Sequence record: MN871444.1
Reading direction: 5' to 3' (one strand)
Length of the DNA: 64,000 bases
Positions 37,079 through 46,851 of the stretch are shown piece after piece; the stretch's first letter is position 1; every line of letters begins with the position of its first letter. Position numbers and translations under genes: made by a program. A model generated the notes under the pieces. The model was not told where the DNA came from. It was given only the letters and a program-made list of their open reading frames with translations, and did not search any database.

Positions 37079-37677
37079 AGGGTAAGTATTACGTTATTGA
37101 AGGTTTAGATGGCACCGGAAAAAGTACGCTGATTAACAAACTTAAAGAGGCGCACCCCGAGTGGATTTTTGTGGCTGAACCTGGGGGTACCCCCATAGGG
37201 CAAACGCTAAGGGCTTTAGTAAAAGAAGGTTTGGGGGAAGAAACAATCACCCCTATCTCTGAACTTCTGATGTTTTCCGCAGCACGCACTCAACTGCTAT
37301 CACAAATCATCGCGCCGGCATTAGCCGAAGGTAAAACCGTCATCAGTGATCGTAACTGGGTATCCACGTTAATGTATCAAGGTCATGGGTTCGGTACCTC
37401 GGCGATTAATACCGTACTTGAATTACACAAGCTTATCTTAAAAGACCTGCCAGTACCGACTGGGTATTTATATCTGTCCCTGTCCATGGAACAGCGGGCT
37501 TTAAGATTACGCCATCGCGGGGAAGAGCCAGACCGCCTAGAATCACGAAATAGTGATTATTATGTGCGGGTACATGCGGGGTACGAAGCTTGGGCTAAGG
37601 CCAACCCTAATGTATTTAAATTGGATGCGTCAAAATCTTCTGACGATGTATTCACGACCGCACTGACATTTATTTAG
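37075..37677 (+). CDS. tmk: Thymidylate kinase
   Basis: IEGLDGTGKST, AEPGGT, LMFSAAR and VISDRNWVSTLMYQG. Confidence 0.95.
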   Translation: MKGKYYVIEGLDGTGKSTLINKLKEAHPEWIFVAEPGGTPIGQTLRALVKEGLGEETITPISELLMFSAARTQLLSQIIAPALAEGKTVISDRNWVSTLMYQGHGFGTSAINTVLELHKLILKDLPVPTGYLYLSLSMEQRALRLRHRGEEPDRLESRNSDYYVRVHAGYEAWAKANPNVFKLDASKSSDDVFTTALTFI

Positions 37678-37703
37678 AGGGCTTTGGCCCTCTTCTTTTT
37701 TTG
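37676..37703 (+). terminator. Rho-independent terminator
   Basis: AGAGGGC-TTTG-GCCCTCT followed by TCTTTTTTT. Confidence 0.7.
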
Positions 37704-37722
37704 ATCATCTAAGGAATCTTCC

Positions 37723-39849
37723 ATGCACACCGATCGCATACAGAAAGTGCTGGACCTGGTCGCCGCTGCAGAGCCCTCACTTCCCATCCCTATAGCCACC
37801 GGAAATATTAGCATCTCTAATATCACCCCAGTGACTGGAAAGGATTATAATACCGACGCAACTTTTGGCGCGATAGACCAAGACATCCCCGTGCAATACC
37901 GGGGCTCTACGGTATTGAATTATGGGCGGATTGATATCAGTCATTACTTCCCTAATAACGTGGTATACGAATCCCCCAATCTATCGACCTATGCCGATTT
38001 ATTGGCTGAATTAAATGCACGACATCAGCTCGATGTTTATGCCGATGAAATTCACGGTAGCGATACTGCCCTACCCCAAGACGGACAAGTCACAATTGCA
38101 ATTAATGACGCCAATTCCCCTGCGTATTGTGGAACCATCTCCCTATTGTTCAGTAAAGACACGGGGTTATTATATCAACGGGGTATTGAGTATACGTTTG
38201 TTACTCAAGCGGCTTTACCTATTCTCGGTTATGTTGAAACCCAGGTTTCTGGACTACAATACTCGATTAATGGCTCGGTGTGGAGTAATGAACTCACCCT
38301 CACCAAAACAAACAACGGCCGGTATGCAGTACGACCAACAACGTCAGTGGCAATCAACGCGCTAACAACAGTCCGTTTGCGTGGTGCTGATATTTACCTG
38401 CAAGATGTGGGTAATGTCGATGCCATTCAAATTACGGGGCTATTGAAGTATCGCAGTACGACTAATGGCCGTAATTTCTGCTCAGGCATCGCCACACTCA
38501 CCTACATTGCTGACGACTGTTTTATTTATGCCGCCGACCTGACCTCGGCGGATAATTTCTTTTATGGGTGCGTGGGTTTGACAACAATCCCCAGTAAAGT
38601 ATTTGGTTACTGCGAATCTTTAATTACGGCGAAAGGATGTTTTAGCGGTACGGGACTTACATCCGTTCCAGCTCAACCCTTTGGTGGGGCGACCAATCTA
38701 AAATATTTAGATAACGTGTACGCAAATTGCACCTCCCTTGCCAGTGTGTCAGCAGATGCCTTTTTGGGGCTCTATAACGTTCTTTCTGCGTCGCGAGCGT
38801 TTGCCGGGTGTACTTCACTTACCAGCATTCCCAACTCAATATTGACACCGCTGACTGCGATTCAGGACGTTAGCTATTTCATCGCGTCTACCGGAATCAC
38901 TGCGGTAGATAAAACATTTTTTAATCAATCCACAACCATTCAGGATATTTCCGGTATCTTTTATCGCCTGGGCATAACAAGTTTGCCTCAGACATTGCTG
39001 ACTGGTATGACTGCATTAAACCGCATGGATTATTTTTGCTATGGGTGTTCTGGAATTACTGTTCTTCCATATGCTTTTTTGGATGGACTCAGTCAACTTG
39101 AATATGCGGATTATGCTTTTTCTAAAACAGGAATCATCCAACTCCCAAATAACTTCTTCACTAATTGTCGTCGACTTTTAAGTATTGATTATTTATTTGA
39201 TGGGTGTAGTGCTTTGCTGAGCATCCCTACTGGATTCCTGTCTCCCCTTCAGCGGTTGGTTTCAACGGTGGGCATTTGGCGCAACTGCACGTCACTGACA
39301 TCGTTGCCAGCCGATATATTGACCGGTAACCCTAATCTGGTTACGGTACAGTGGTTGTTCTACAATACCAATATCACCAGTATTCCGACAGGTGCATTGA
39401 GTGGGTTGACTGGAGCTAAAGATATTACCGGACTATTTGCAGGCACTCGCATTTCTTCTGTACCTGATGGATTGTTGTCAGCAGCAACGAATCTAGAAGT
39501 AGCTGCGCAGCTGTTCTGGAAATGTTCTTTACTCACCACGATACCAGCCACCACATTCTCGACGAACACCGCACTTATTTCAGCATATGGAGTATTCGCG
39601 GGTTGTAGTTTACTTACTGGGGTAATTACCTCTTGGTTTGGTAATAACGCTTCACTTAAACAAGTTTCGGGTATGCTGCAAGGATGTACTACTATTACTG
39701 GAAGCTTAACTGCTCTTCGCACGCAGTTAACATCAGTGGATTGGTTGGATAATGATTACGTCGAAGGGGTGATTGCGCTGGATACGCAATTAACGGATTA
39801 TGCCTCGGTAGGTATTGCGTATAAAACCACGATTGCTGATTTACTTTGA
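37723..39849 (+). CDS. Putative tail appendage: adaptor module plus about 16 leucine-rich (BspA-like) repeats
   Basis: N-terminal NYGRIDI module. Repeats of 26-27 aa with the pattern FxxCxxLTxIPxxxF at 38476-39720. Confidence 0.7.
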   Translation: MHTDRIQKVLDLVAAAEPSLPIPIATGNISISNITPVTGKDYNTDATFGAIDQDIPVQYRGSTVLNYGRIDISHYFPNNVVYESPNLSTYADLLAELNARHQLDVYADEIHGSDTALPQDGQVTIAINDANSPAYCGTISLLFSKDTGLLYQRGIEYTFVTQAALPILGYVETQVSGLQYSINGSVWSNELTLTKTNNGRYAVRPTTSVAINALTTVRLRGADIYLQDVGNVDAIQITGLLKYRSTTNGRNFCSGIATLTYIADDCFIYAADLTSADNFFYGCVGLTTIPSKVFGYCESLITAKGCFSGTGLTSVPAQPFGGATNLKYLDNVYANCTSLASVSADAFLGLYNVLSASRAFAGCTSLTSIPNSILTPLTAIQDVSYFIASTGITAVDKTFFNQSTTIQDISGIFYRLGITSLPQTLLTGMTALNRMDYFCYGCSGITVLPYAFLDGLSQLEYADYAFSKTGIIQLPNNFFTNCRRLLSIDYLFDGCSALLSIPTGFLSPLQRLVSTVGIWRNCTSLTSLPADILTGNPNLVTVQWLFYNTNITSIPTGALSGLTGAKDITGLFAGTRISSVPDGLLSAATNLEVAAQLFWKCSLLTTIPATTFSTNTALISAYGVFAGCSLLTGVITSWFGNNASLKQVSGMLQGCTTITGSLTALRTQLTSVDWLDNDYVEGVIALDTQLTDYASVGIAYKTTIADLL

Positions 39850-39863
39850 TATCGGAGGTCCAC

Positions 39864-40313
39864 GTGGCAGTAACAACCATACTAACAAAACAAACCGCAA
39901 CGTTAATTTATGATTTAATTAACGATGCAAATGAGATTGATATTGATGCATCTATTCTTTCCCTCAGTGCCCCGACGGTACTGAGTGGGGATGCTTCAGG
40001 TAAGAATACGTCGGTTATTGGAACTCCCTTATCTGGCTCGGGCTATAAGAATACCGTGAGGTTGACTTATGACCGATTAGACATGACGGTACTATTACAA
40101 AAATTAGTTAAACAGGTTGTCGTTCCCAACCTCACTCAAACCACGGATGTCTTGAGTGCGTTTAATGAAAAATATGGGTTTCTCTTGGTGGCCGGTGATA
40201 TCGTTAATGAATCAATCACATCTACCGGCGGCACGCAATCCATTACCGTAACAATGGCAGATTCATGCCCTGCATTTATTGGTACCTTTGAACTCACAGT
40301 TTCTCCTTCTTAA
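39864..40313 (+). CDS. Tail/baseplate adaptor protein (single module)
   Basis: TYDRLDM...FNEKYGFLLVAGDIV...FIGTF. GTG 39864 with GGAGGT RBS. Confidence 0.55.
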   Translation: MAVTTILTKQTATLIYDLINDANEIDIDASILSLSAPTVLSGDASGKNTSVIGTPLSGSGYKNTVRLTYDRLDMTVLLQKLVKQVVVPNLTQTTDVLSAFNEKYGFLLVAGDIVNESITSTGGTQSITVTMADSCPAFIGTFELTVSPS

Positions 40314-40325
40314 CAGAGGTGTGGT

Positions 40326-40940
40326 ATGATTACGGTAGATATTCTTAAACTGATCGGCTCAGCTCAAGTAGCTGCAGCCCATCCGCAAGGAAGCTTATTT
40401 ATTGAAACATTTAACGGCATTACGGGAACCACGACATTGCCAGCAACTGTGTCGGGTACCGAAGCACTTGCAGCATTTGAAAAACTGGATGTAACGAATC
40501 AGGTTAAAGCCAATGTTATTTTCGACCAATATCGCAAAGTGATTACGGGTTGCGGTGCAACGACGGTATTTGCTAATGGCGTACATCGTCAACGTAATTA
40601 CCGTAGTTTCATGGCGTTAATGATGGCGGTTGCATTAACAATCATGGCGGTTACTATCGTCGCTATTGAGTGTTATATCGGCATCATGACTAAGACCCAG
40701 CTGGAAAGCGGACAGTTTACTGTTCCTCTGATGTGTCTTGCATTGGTGGTGTGGAGTTACAACGGACTTCTGACCAAAGAAAATCGGGAAGCCATCGCTG
40801 CCGGATTGGCACGTGCACCGAGCGGGTTTGTTAACAGTTTCTTGGATTCTATTCGAGGACGCAATCAATATCAAACCACGATGCAACAACAACAACCGTC
40901 ACCACCGCCCGATGACCCACAAAACCCAAGACCGCAATAA
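40326..40940 (+). CDS. Membrane protein (two predicted TM helices; holin candidate)
   Basis: FMALMMAVALTIMAVTIVAI and FTVPLMCLALVVWSY, with a Q/P tail. Confidence 0.45.
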   Translation: MITVDILKLIGSAQVAAAHPQGSLFIETFNGITGTTTLPATVSGTEALAAFEKLDVTNQVKANVIFDQYRKVITGCGATTVFANGVHRQRNYRSFMALMMAVALTIMAVTIVAIECYIGIMTKTQLESGQFTVPLMCLALVVWSYNGLLTKENREAIAAGLARAPSGFVNSFLDSIRGRNQYQTTMQQQQPSPPPDDPQNPRPQ

Positions 40941-40980
40941 CGGCATAGGAGGAGGCTTACGCCTCCTCCATTTATGCAGT
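40941..40980. terminator. Bidirectional terminator
   Basis: CGGCATA-GGAGGAGGC-TTAC-GCCTCCTCC-ATTTATGC. Confidence 0.75.
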
Positions 40981-42222
40981 CACTAATTCAATTCTTTTAA
41001 TATCCATTCTTCTTACTTCCGCATAAGTCCTTGGTTGCGGACCGACCAAACTGTTGTTGGTAACTCCAGAGGTGCTATTAGTCGCCGTGTGTCTTGTTGA
41101 TTGATCAACGAGATATCCATCAATCACAACGACATAGTCATCAATCTCTTTCTCCGCCACGTATTCCGGCAACCTACCTAGATTAACCCGCATCGGTTCG
41201 GTAGGCGCGGTATCAGACTGGATATACACTCCGGGCAGTCCGGTAGACTGCATTGCGGCGTACTCCACGATAACGTTTGTTGCGTCCACCACAATTAAAA
41301 AAGTTTGAGGCGCATTCAACATTTTTGTAATCGTATCGTCGGATAAGAAAATATCGAGATTAACGCGATCTGGGTTATGGTCTGACTCATACGGCACATA
41401 AACATCAGACCAATCAATATACTTTCTAGAGTCAAAATACCGTGAGACCAGATCCATATTCCTGGTATTGATTTTTAACATCCGGTTTCCGACTACATCG
41501 TAGTTATTGTCCAGGGCGAATAAATAACCCATCCACGACAACAGTACGGTTTTCCCGAACAAATCAACGTTTGTTTTGACGTATACTGATTCGTAACTGG
41601 GTACGTCAGGTTCTGGGTCAATTACCATATCTGAGCTAATGTCGATCTGAGTAATTGAGCCAATCCCAGAAAAATCAAGAAAACCCACCAATGGTTTTTT
41701 TGCTTTACGTGCCGAAACCGCCCCATCAAGGACATAGACACCATTTGAGGTACTGGAAACACGATGACAAAAACCATTGACTGTCGCAATACAGTTTTGT
41801 TCTATATTGCTATAGTTTACCCCGGTTTTAGACAGTAGGATATCCACTTGTTGGTCGTAATCCAAAACTGAATCTGGGGATTTGGTGTGGTCGCTTGGTT
41901 TTGATTTAAATCCCCAATAAAATGCATCTACGTGACGGACTGTCGTCGTACCCTCAACCATGGCACTATAAGTCACTGGAAGTGAAGTATTGCCAATTTG
42001 TCCCAACCACGTGACAAAGGTAATCGTCAATACTCTGAGGTAATCCGGTAAGTCATCGAAGTCTACTGTCGCCGCGGAGCTATACGCCGGATTCGTAACA
42101 GTTGCTTTTATTTCTGAGTAAGTATTGTACACTTGATACAGGGGAATGGTGGATAAATCGATGGACTTCCATTCGACACCACCCCCCTTAACACGGGCGA
42201 TAGCGCTAACGTATGTATACAT
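40972..42222 (-). CDS. Conserved phiKZ-like virion structural protein
   Basis: 416 aa, MYTYVSAIAR...ATVNGFCH. Syntenic position divergent from the tail fibres. Confidence 0.55.
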   Translation of the reverse strand: MYTYVSAIARVKGGGVEWKSIDLSTIPLYQVYNTYSEIKATVTNPAYSSAATVDFDDLPDYLRVLTITFVTWLGQIGNTSLPVTYSAMVEGTTTVRHVDAFYWGFKSKPSDHTKSPDSVLDYDQQVDILLSKTGVNYSNIEQNCIATVNGFCHRVSSTSNGVYVLDGAVSARKAKKPLVGFLDFSGIGSITQIDISSDMVIDPEPDVPSYESVYVKTNVDLFGKTVLLSWMGYLFALDNNYDVVGNRMLKINTRNMDLVSRYFDSRKYIDWSDVYVPYESDHNPDRVNLDIFLSDDTITKMLNAPQTFLIVVDATNVIVEYAAMQSTGLPGVYIQSDTAPTEPMRVNLGRLPEYVAEKEIDDYVVVIDGYLVDQSTRHTATNSTSGVTNNSLVGPQPRTYAEVRRMDIKRIELVTA

Positions 42223-42249
42223 GGGGTTCTTCCTGTATTTTATTTAAAA

Positions 42250-42258
42250 ATAGTATGC
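42250..42258 (+). promoter_or_regulatory. Candidate late promoter ATAGTATGC upstream of the tail-fibre/lysis operon
   Basis: Third identical copy. Confidence 0.55.
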
Positions 42259-42305
42259 ATGCCACCCTTTCATTGGGGGGGTAACTCCAACGAGGATTAG
42301 CAAAT

Positions 42306-43730
42306 ATGGCAACGACCTATGCTTACCCCTACAACCCAAATGCAAATTTATCAGCTGCATTTATCACCGGGGAAACGCACACAATTACGACGGACCCATC
42401 CAGAACTTATAATTGGTTTGTTCCGTTTGCAGCCCCATTTTTCTCAAAGGGCTTGGTATTAACTCACGTTACTTCCGGGCGAGTTCTTACTCCCGGGGTC
42501 GATTTTAATTTTGGTCTGGAATATCATATTTTCAATAGCACGGTAGCCTTTTATCCGGTCTATGGCGCTATTGTTATTATGGACAGTACGTTAATCGGTA
42601 CTTTTTCCATCAGCTACTATACCCTGGGTGACCGCTATGCAATCAACCAGGCTAAAGCCCTGGCTTTGGTTGCAAACACGGCTATCGACCCAAGACAAAC
42701 TTATTGGGAATCCGTTACTGACATCCCCTCTCAGTTTCCGGCATCAGATCATCAGCACGACGTATCTGATTTAACCGGTATGTCGGATGTGGTTGCCTCG
42801 ATTAACGCGCTGACCACATCACTGACCAATGAAGGTGGGAAATGGTGGCAGGCGCTTAATGAGCATTTGACTGATTATAATGACCCTCACCATGTATTGG
42901 ATATGATTCCTAGCGGTGGGACGTCTATCGCCAAAGCAACACAGCAGCAGGCCGAAGAAGGTACGGATAATACTGCATATGCCACGTCACTACGCGTTGC
43001 GCAGTATGCTGCCGCAAATATCCTTCCTACGCTGAACAATCACGTCAATGCCACAGGTAACGTACACAACCTCACTGCTGCGGAACTGAACCTCGGTAAT
43101 GTACCGAACTATGCTGCAGCGACTCAGACGGACGTGGATAACAACGTTACCCCGGACAGTTTGATTACCACGGTGAGTGTTGTCCAGTACATCGTGAGCA
43201 CTGCGCTTCAGAACGCATCACTTGACCAGTACCAGACCAGTACAGATGTGACAAATGCCATTCAGTCGGCGATGACTTCCATTTCCAACTATCCAGTGGC
43301 CACAGATGAACTGGCCACCCAAGGTACTGATGCCGCCAGCCTGATGACCCCGCGTGCAACTACGCTGACCATCGATGGCTATCAGATGAATACCACTTTG
43401 GGGGTGTGCGTACTGGCTACAGAGGTTACCGCGTATCTGGCACAAGGTAGTATTACTGATACCTGCTTAGATATGGTTAATAGCCTGGTGTATACTTACA
43501 ACACAAATACCTCGGCGTGGGAACTCAATAGTGGCGTGCTTCCAACAGCTTACCTGAACAATGGAAGAACTTACTATAACCGGGTTTCTGGAAAAGGCTT
43601 CTTGTATCGTAATAGCGCGCTGGTTAACGTTACTGGAAATGCGGTTAATAACGTCACGGTATCAACCAGTGCCCCGCCGACTTCCACCACGGGATATGCC
43701 GATGGGTATGTTTGGTATCAAGTGGTATAA
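42306..43730 (+). CDS. Tail fibre protein (proximal; phiKZ gp145/146-like N-terminus)
   Basis: GETHT, PFAAPFF, WESVTDIPSQFPASDHQHDVSDLTGM, and NVHNLTAAELNLGNVPNY fibre repeats. Confidence 0.7.
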   Translation: MATTYAYPYNPNANLSAAFITGETHTITTDPSRTYNWFVPFAAPFFSKGLVLTHVTSGRVLTPGVDFNFGLEYHIFNSTVAFYPVYGAIVIMDSTLIGTFSISYYTLGDRYAINQAKALALVANTAIDPRQTYWESVTDIPSQFPASDHQHDVSDLTGMSDVVASINALTTSLTNEGGKWWQALNEHLTDYNDPHHVLDMIPSGGTSIAKATQQQAEEGTDNTAYATSLRVAQYAAANILPTLNNHVNATGNVHNLTAAELNLGNVPNYAAATQTDVDNNVTPDSLITTVSVVQYIVSTALQNASLDQYQTSTDVTNAIQSAMTSISNYPVATDELATQGTDAASLMTPRATTLTIDGYQMNTTLGVCVLATEVTAYLAQGSITDTCLDMVNSLVYTYNTNTSAWELNSGVLPTAYLNNGRTYYNRVSGKGFLYRNSALVNVTGNAVNNVTVSTSAPPTSTTGYADGYVWYQVV

Positions 43731-43743
43731 TTGAGGAAGAATC

Positions 43744-45165
43744 ATGTCAACGATTACCTGGACGTACCCTGAAGACTTAACGGGGGAAGCTTCCTCTAAT
43801 TTAGTCTCCAATGAAGTACATACGGTTCCCTATGAGAACACGTACGCCTTTGTAATGAACTACGGACCCTTTTACGGGGATTCCGTAGTAATCACTAAAT
43901 CTTCTGATGGTAGTATACTGACAAAAGGTATCGACTATAAGTGTCTTTACCTGTATCCTGAGGCAGTAGCTAAATCAGGTATGCCGGTATATTCTGTTAT
44001 CCAGATTCTGGATAGAACCATCGCAGAAGACCTGAATGTAACCTATCAAGTGGTTGGGGGTATCTTTTCATCCTACGCGTATGCCCTGGATGAAATTATT
44101 GCGCTGCTGCAGATTGACAACCGCAGCATCTCTTGGGAAAATATTCTCAATAAACCCACCACGTTTCCACCGGCCCCGCACACCCACGATGCTAGCGACC
44201 TGTACGGATTGCAGTCATTAAACGATGCCATCAATGATCTGAAGCAAGCCATTCTTTATGGTGATGTGTCGAGCCACGACCAGATTTATGACCGCATTGC
44301 CACAGTCAAAACTCAGGTCACTACCGGGTATACTGATGCCGATACGGCGCTACAAACGCAAATCACTCAGAATACAACCGATATTGCTACCTTAAACACC
44401 AATTTATCTGCCCAATTGACTGCTCTGTCGCAAACGCTGACAGCGCATACGACAAATCACAATAACCCACACAGCACCACATATGCCCAAGTAGGCGCCC
44501 CATCGATTACTTGGACCATTAACGGTGTAACGTTTAACCAGAGCATCACTTTAACGCCGGCCAACATCGGGGCACTGTCTACGTCTACAGGCGGTACGGT
44601 CGCTGGTGCGACAACATTTAATGCAGCGCTGACTGTTGCTGGTCAGGGTAGCTGGTTGACTAAAACGGGAGTATACCAGCCTTCCGGCACCTCCGATTAT
44701 AAGGTCGACGGGATTCGTTTCCAAGCCAACAGTAACCAGTATACCGACATATTCTGGTACAATACTACTGGCGGTCCACACACCGCATTTTACGTCAAAG
44801 ATGGGTCTACTGTATCTATCTTTAGAATGTGGGCGACTGGCGGGATGACCATCCCTGGGAACATGGGTGTTGGTTCTGCTATTTATCAAACCGATGGTAA
44901 CCTTACAGGGACCGCCTGGGGTGGCTACTTATCCGATTACCTAAATAATCGGTTTGATACGGCATCCAACAGCTCGGCCAGTACTTATGTCAGAGGTATT
45001 CGGTTTGGCGCCCAGCAATCATTCCATAAACGTGACGGTACGGAATATGTAGCTGGCGGGGTGATGACTGCATGGGCTGACTTCGGTAACTCGGATTATT
45101 GGGTATACTTACGTCCGCTGCAATACAACATCAATGGTACCTGGACTACCGCACCGTACACTTAA
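43744..45165 (+). CDS. Tail fibre with a P2/lambdoid-type receptor-binding tip
   Basis: WENILNKPTTFPPAPHTHDASDLYG, NPHSTTYAQVGA, and C-terminal AWGGYLSDYL...VRGIRFG...RPLQYNINGTW. Confidence 0.8.
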   Translation: MSTITWTYPEDLTGEASSNLVSNEVHTVPYENTYAFVMNYGPFYGDSVVITKSSDGSILTKGIDYKCLYLYPEAVAKSGMPVYSVIQILDRTIAEDLNVTYQVVGGIFSSYAYALDEIIALLQIDNRSISWENILNKPTTFPPAPHTHDASDLYGLQSLNDAINDLKQAILYGDVSSHDQIYDRIATVKTQVTTGYTDADTALQTQITQNTTDIATLNTNLSAQLTALSQTLTAHTTNHNNPHSTTYAQVGAPSITWTINGVTFNQSITLTPANIGALSTSTGGTVAGATTFNAALTVAGQGSWLTKTGVYQPSGTSDYKVDGIRFQANSNQYTDIFWYNTTGGPHTAFYVKDGSTVSIFRMWATGGMTIPGNMGVGSAIYQTDGNLTGTAWGGYLSDYLNNRFDTASNSSASTYVRGIRFGAQQSFHKRDGTEYVAGGVMTAWADFGNSDYWVYLRPLQYNINGTWTTAPYT

Positions 45166-45183
45166 TTAAGTCAGGATGTTCCC

Positions 45184-45714
45184 ATGATTAAACTCAAAAA
45201 CCTGTCCATCAAACACCATGCTATAATTAATTTAGGTACTGATATAAAAAAAGTACCGATATTTCAGGATGATGCTGGTCGGCTAGTGACGGATATGTTT
45301 AAGCGCATGTCTCCCATTACGCTTAAACTACTGGTGGTGGAAGATGGTTTTATTCGGGGGTGGGACCAGGATGTCACCATGTTAACCTTATATGAAAAAT
45401 GCAGTATCATTGAGGTTGACCCAAAAACCCTACCTCCCGGATTTTTTAATGAGTCTAATCGACCTTATTGGATGTGGACTGAGGAACAGGGCGTGAGTCG
45501 ACGCCCATTAACTCATGAAGAAATTATTCACAACAATACAGCAGAAAAGAAAAAACGACTAACTGATGCCCTGTTACGCTACCAGACGTTACAGATAGTA
45601 TCAACCGTACGTGCATTATCTCAGGATGAGAGACAAGAACTGGATGACGTTAAAAACAAAATTGTTATTTTGAATGATCTTGATTTGACGTCAGAAATCA
45701 CTGATTGGCCTTAG
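45184..45714 (+). CDS. Tail fibre assembly chaperone (Tfa-like)
   Basis: Follows the fibre. IRGWDQDVTML...IIEVD..LPPGF and the C-terminal helical ...LNDLDL...WP end. Confidence 0.65.
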   Translation: MIKLKNLSIKHHAIINLGTDIKKVPIFQDDAGRLVTDMFKRMSPITLKLLVVEDGFIRGWDQDVTMLTLYEKCSIIEVDPKTLPPGFFNESNRPYWMWTEEQGVSRRPLTHEEIIHNNTAEKKKRLTDALLRYQTLQIVSTVRALSQDERQELDDVKNKIVILNDLDLTSEITDWP

Positions 45715-45722
45715 GAGGTATC

Positions 45723-46361
45723 ATGGCACTTGATTTAACCAAACTCACCACCGACAGTTTTACTCAACAGTTCATCATCACTAACCGGGTAAATGTTGAA
45801 GCCGGGTATGTCAATAACCCAGATGACTTGGGTGGTGAGACCAATCACGGTATTACTAAGGCGACCGCTCTGGAATGGAAATCCCTGTGGGCAAAATACA
45901 ATTGGAATGGCGATATGAAAACCATGCCCTATGCGTTAGCTTACGACATTTATGTCCAGGGGTGGTGGAATAAAATGCTGCTCGATCAGGTGAGCGCGGT
46001 ACACCCAGTACTGGCTGACCGTCTGTTCGACTGGGGCATTAACTCTGGCCGTCAAAAAGGCGTGCTCGCGCTGCAACGTATTTTGAATGTCTGCAATCGC
46101 AACGGCAAAGATTACGCTGACATCACTGCAGATGGCGCAATGGGTCCGGGAACCATGACTGCATTGAAAGCATTCATGGGTGTACGCGGTAAAGCAGGCC
46201 TGCGTTATCTCATTACGACACATAGTGGGATGCAGGCTTCTTACTACGTAGATATCTCAGAACAACGCGCTGCGAACGAAACGTTCACCAACGGTTGGCT
46301 CAGTCGCGGGTATTTTAATGATTCAATGTACGCCGCATTGATCATGAACGGTACACTTTAA
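45723..46361 (+). CDS. Endolysin, glycoside hydrolase family 108 with PG-binding domain
   Basis: EAGYVNNPDDLGGETNHGIT, FDWGINSG, LQRILN and ADGAMGPGT. ATG 45723 with GGAGGT RBS. Confidence 0.85.
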   Translation: MALDLTKLTTDSFTQQFIITNRVNVEAGYVNNPDDLGGETNHGITKATALEWKSLWAKYNWNGDMKTMPYALAYDIYVQGWWNKMLLDQVSAVHPVLADRLFDWGINSGRQKGVLALQRILNVCNRNGKDYADITADGAMGPGTMTALKAFMGVRGKAGLRYLITTHSGMQASYYVDISEQRAANETFTNGWLSRGYFNDSMYAALIMNGTL

Positions 46362-46440
46362 CATAACAGGGATATAGTTGGTGATTGGAGGGGTTATCCT
46401 TCGGTCACCAACTATGTTTTATGTCGCCTCAGGAGGCGCT

Positions 46441-46851
46441 ATGTCAGCTTTAGAGTCAACACTTAACACCTACGGAGTTTGGATTAAAGGGATTTTGTGG
46501 GTTGCCAGTATCGCTCTGGCGGGATGGCTTGGCCACCACATGACTGCACTGAGCTATGAGTTGGACCAGACCAAGTCTCAGTTATCTACGGTGTCTGGGA
46601 GTTACACCGAATATCAGCGGATGGTAAAAGAACGTGATGACTTGAAAGATAAGTACATCAATGCCAAAGCCGATTTAGACAAACTACAGCAGGATAAACA
46701 AAATGACCTCACTAATAAAACTCAGCAGCTTCTTGATACTTTGCGCAGCCCTAACAGCGTGTACGCAAAAGCAGATTGTGGAGAAGCCGGTAGTTATCCA
46801 ACAGTCTTTGGAACCAGTTTCGGCGCAACTGATGCAGCCCCATCAAAATAA
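46441..46851 (+). CDS. Inner-membrane spanin (Rz-like)
   Basis: N-terminal TM helix WIKGILWVASIALAGWLG followed by a periplasmic coiled coil. Follows the endolysin. Confidence 0.75.
   Translation: MSALESTLNTYGVWIKGILWVASIALAGWLGHHMTALSYELDQTKSQLSTVSGSYTEYQRMVKERDDLKDKYINAKADLDKLQQDKQNDLTNKTQQLLDTLRSPNSVYAKADCGEAGSYPTVFGTSFGATDAAPSK

Noticed and set aside
43744-45165. Diversity-generating retroelement or invertible fibre tip
   Set aside because: No reverse transcriptase, invertase or duplicated template segment was seen in the window. A genome-wide self-alignment would be needed to exclude it fully.
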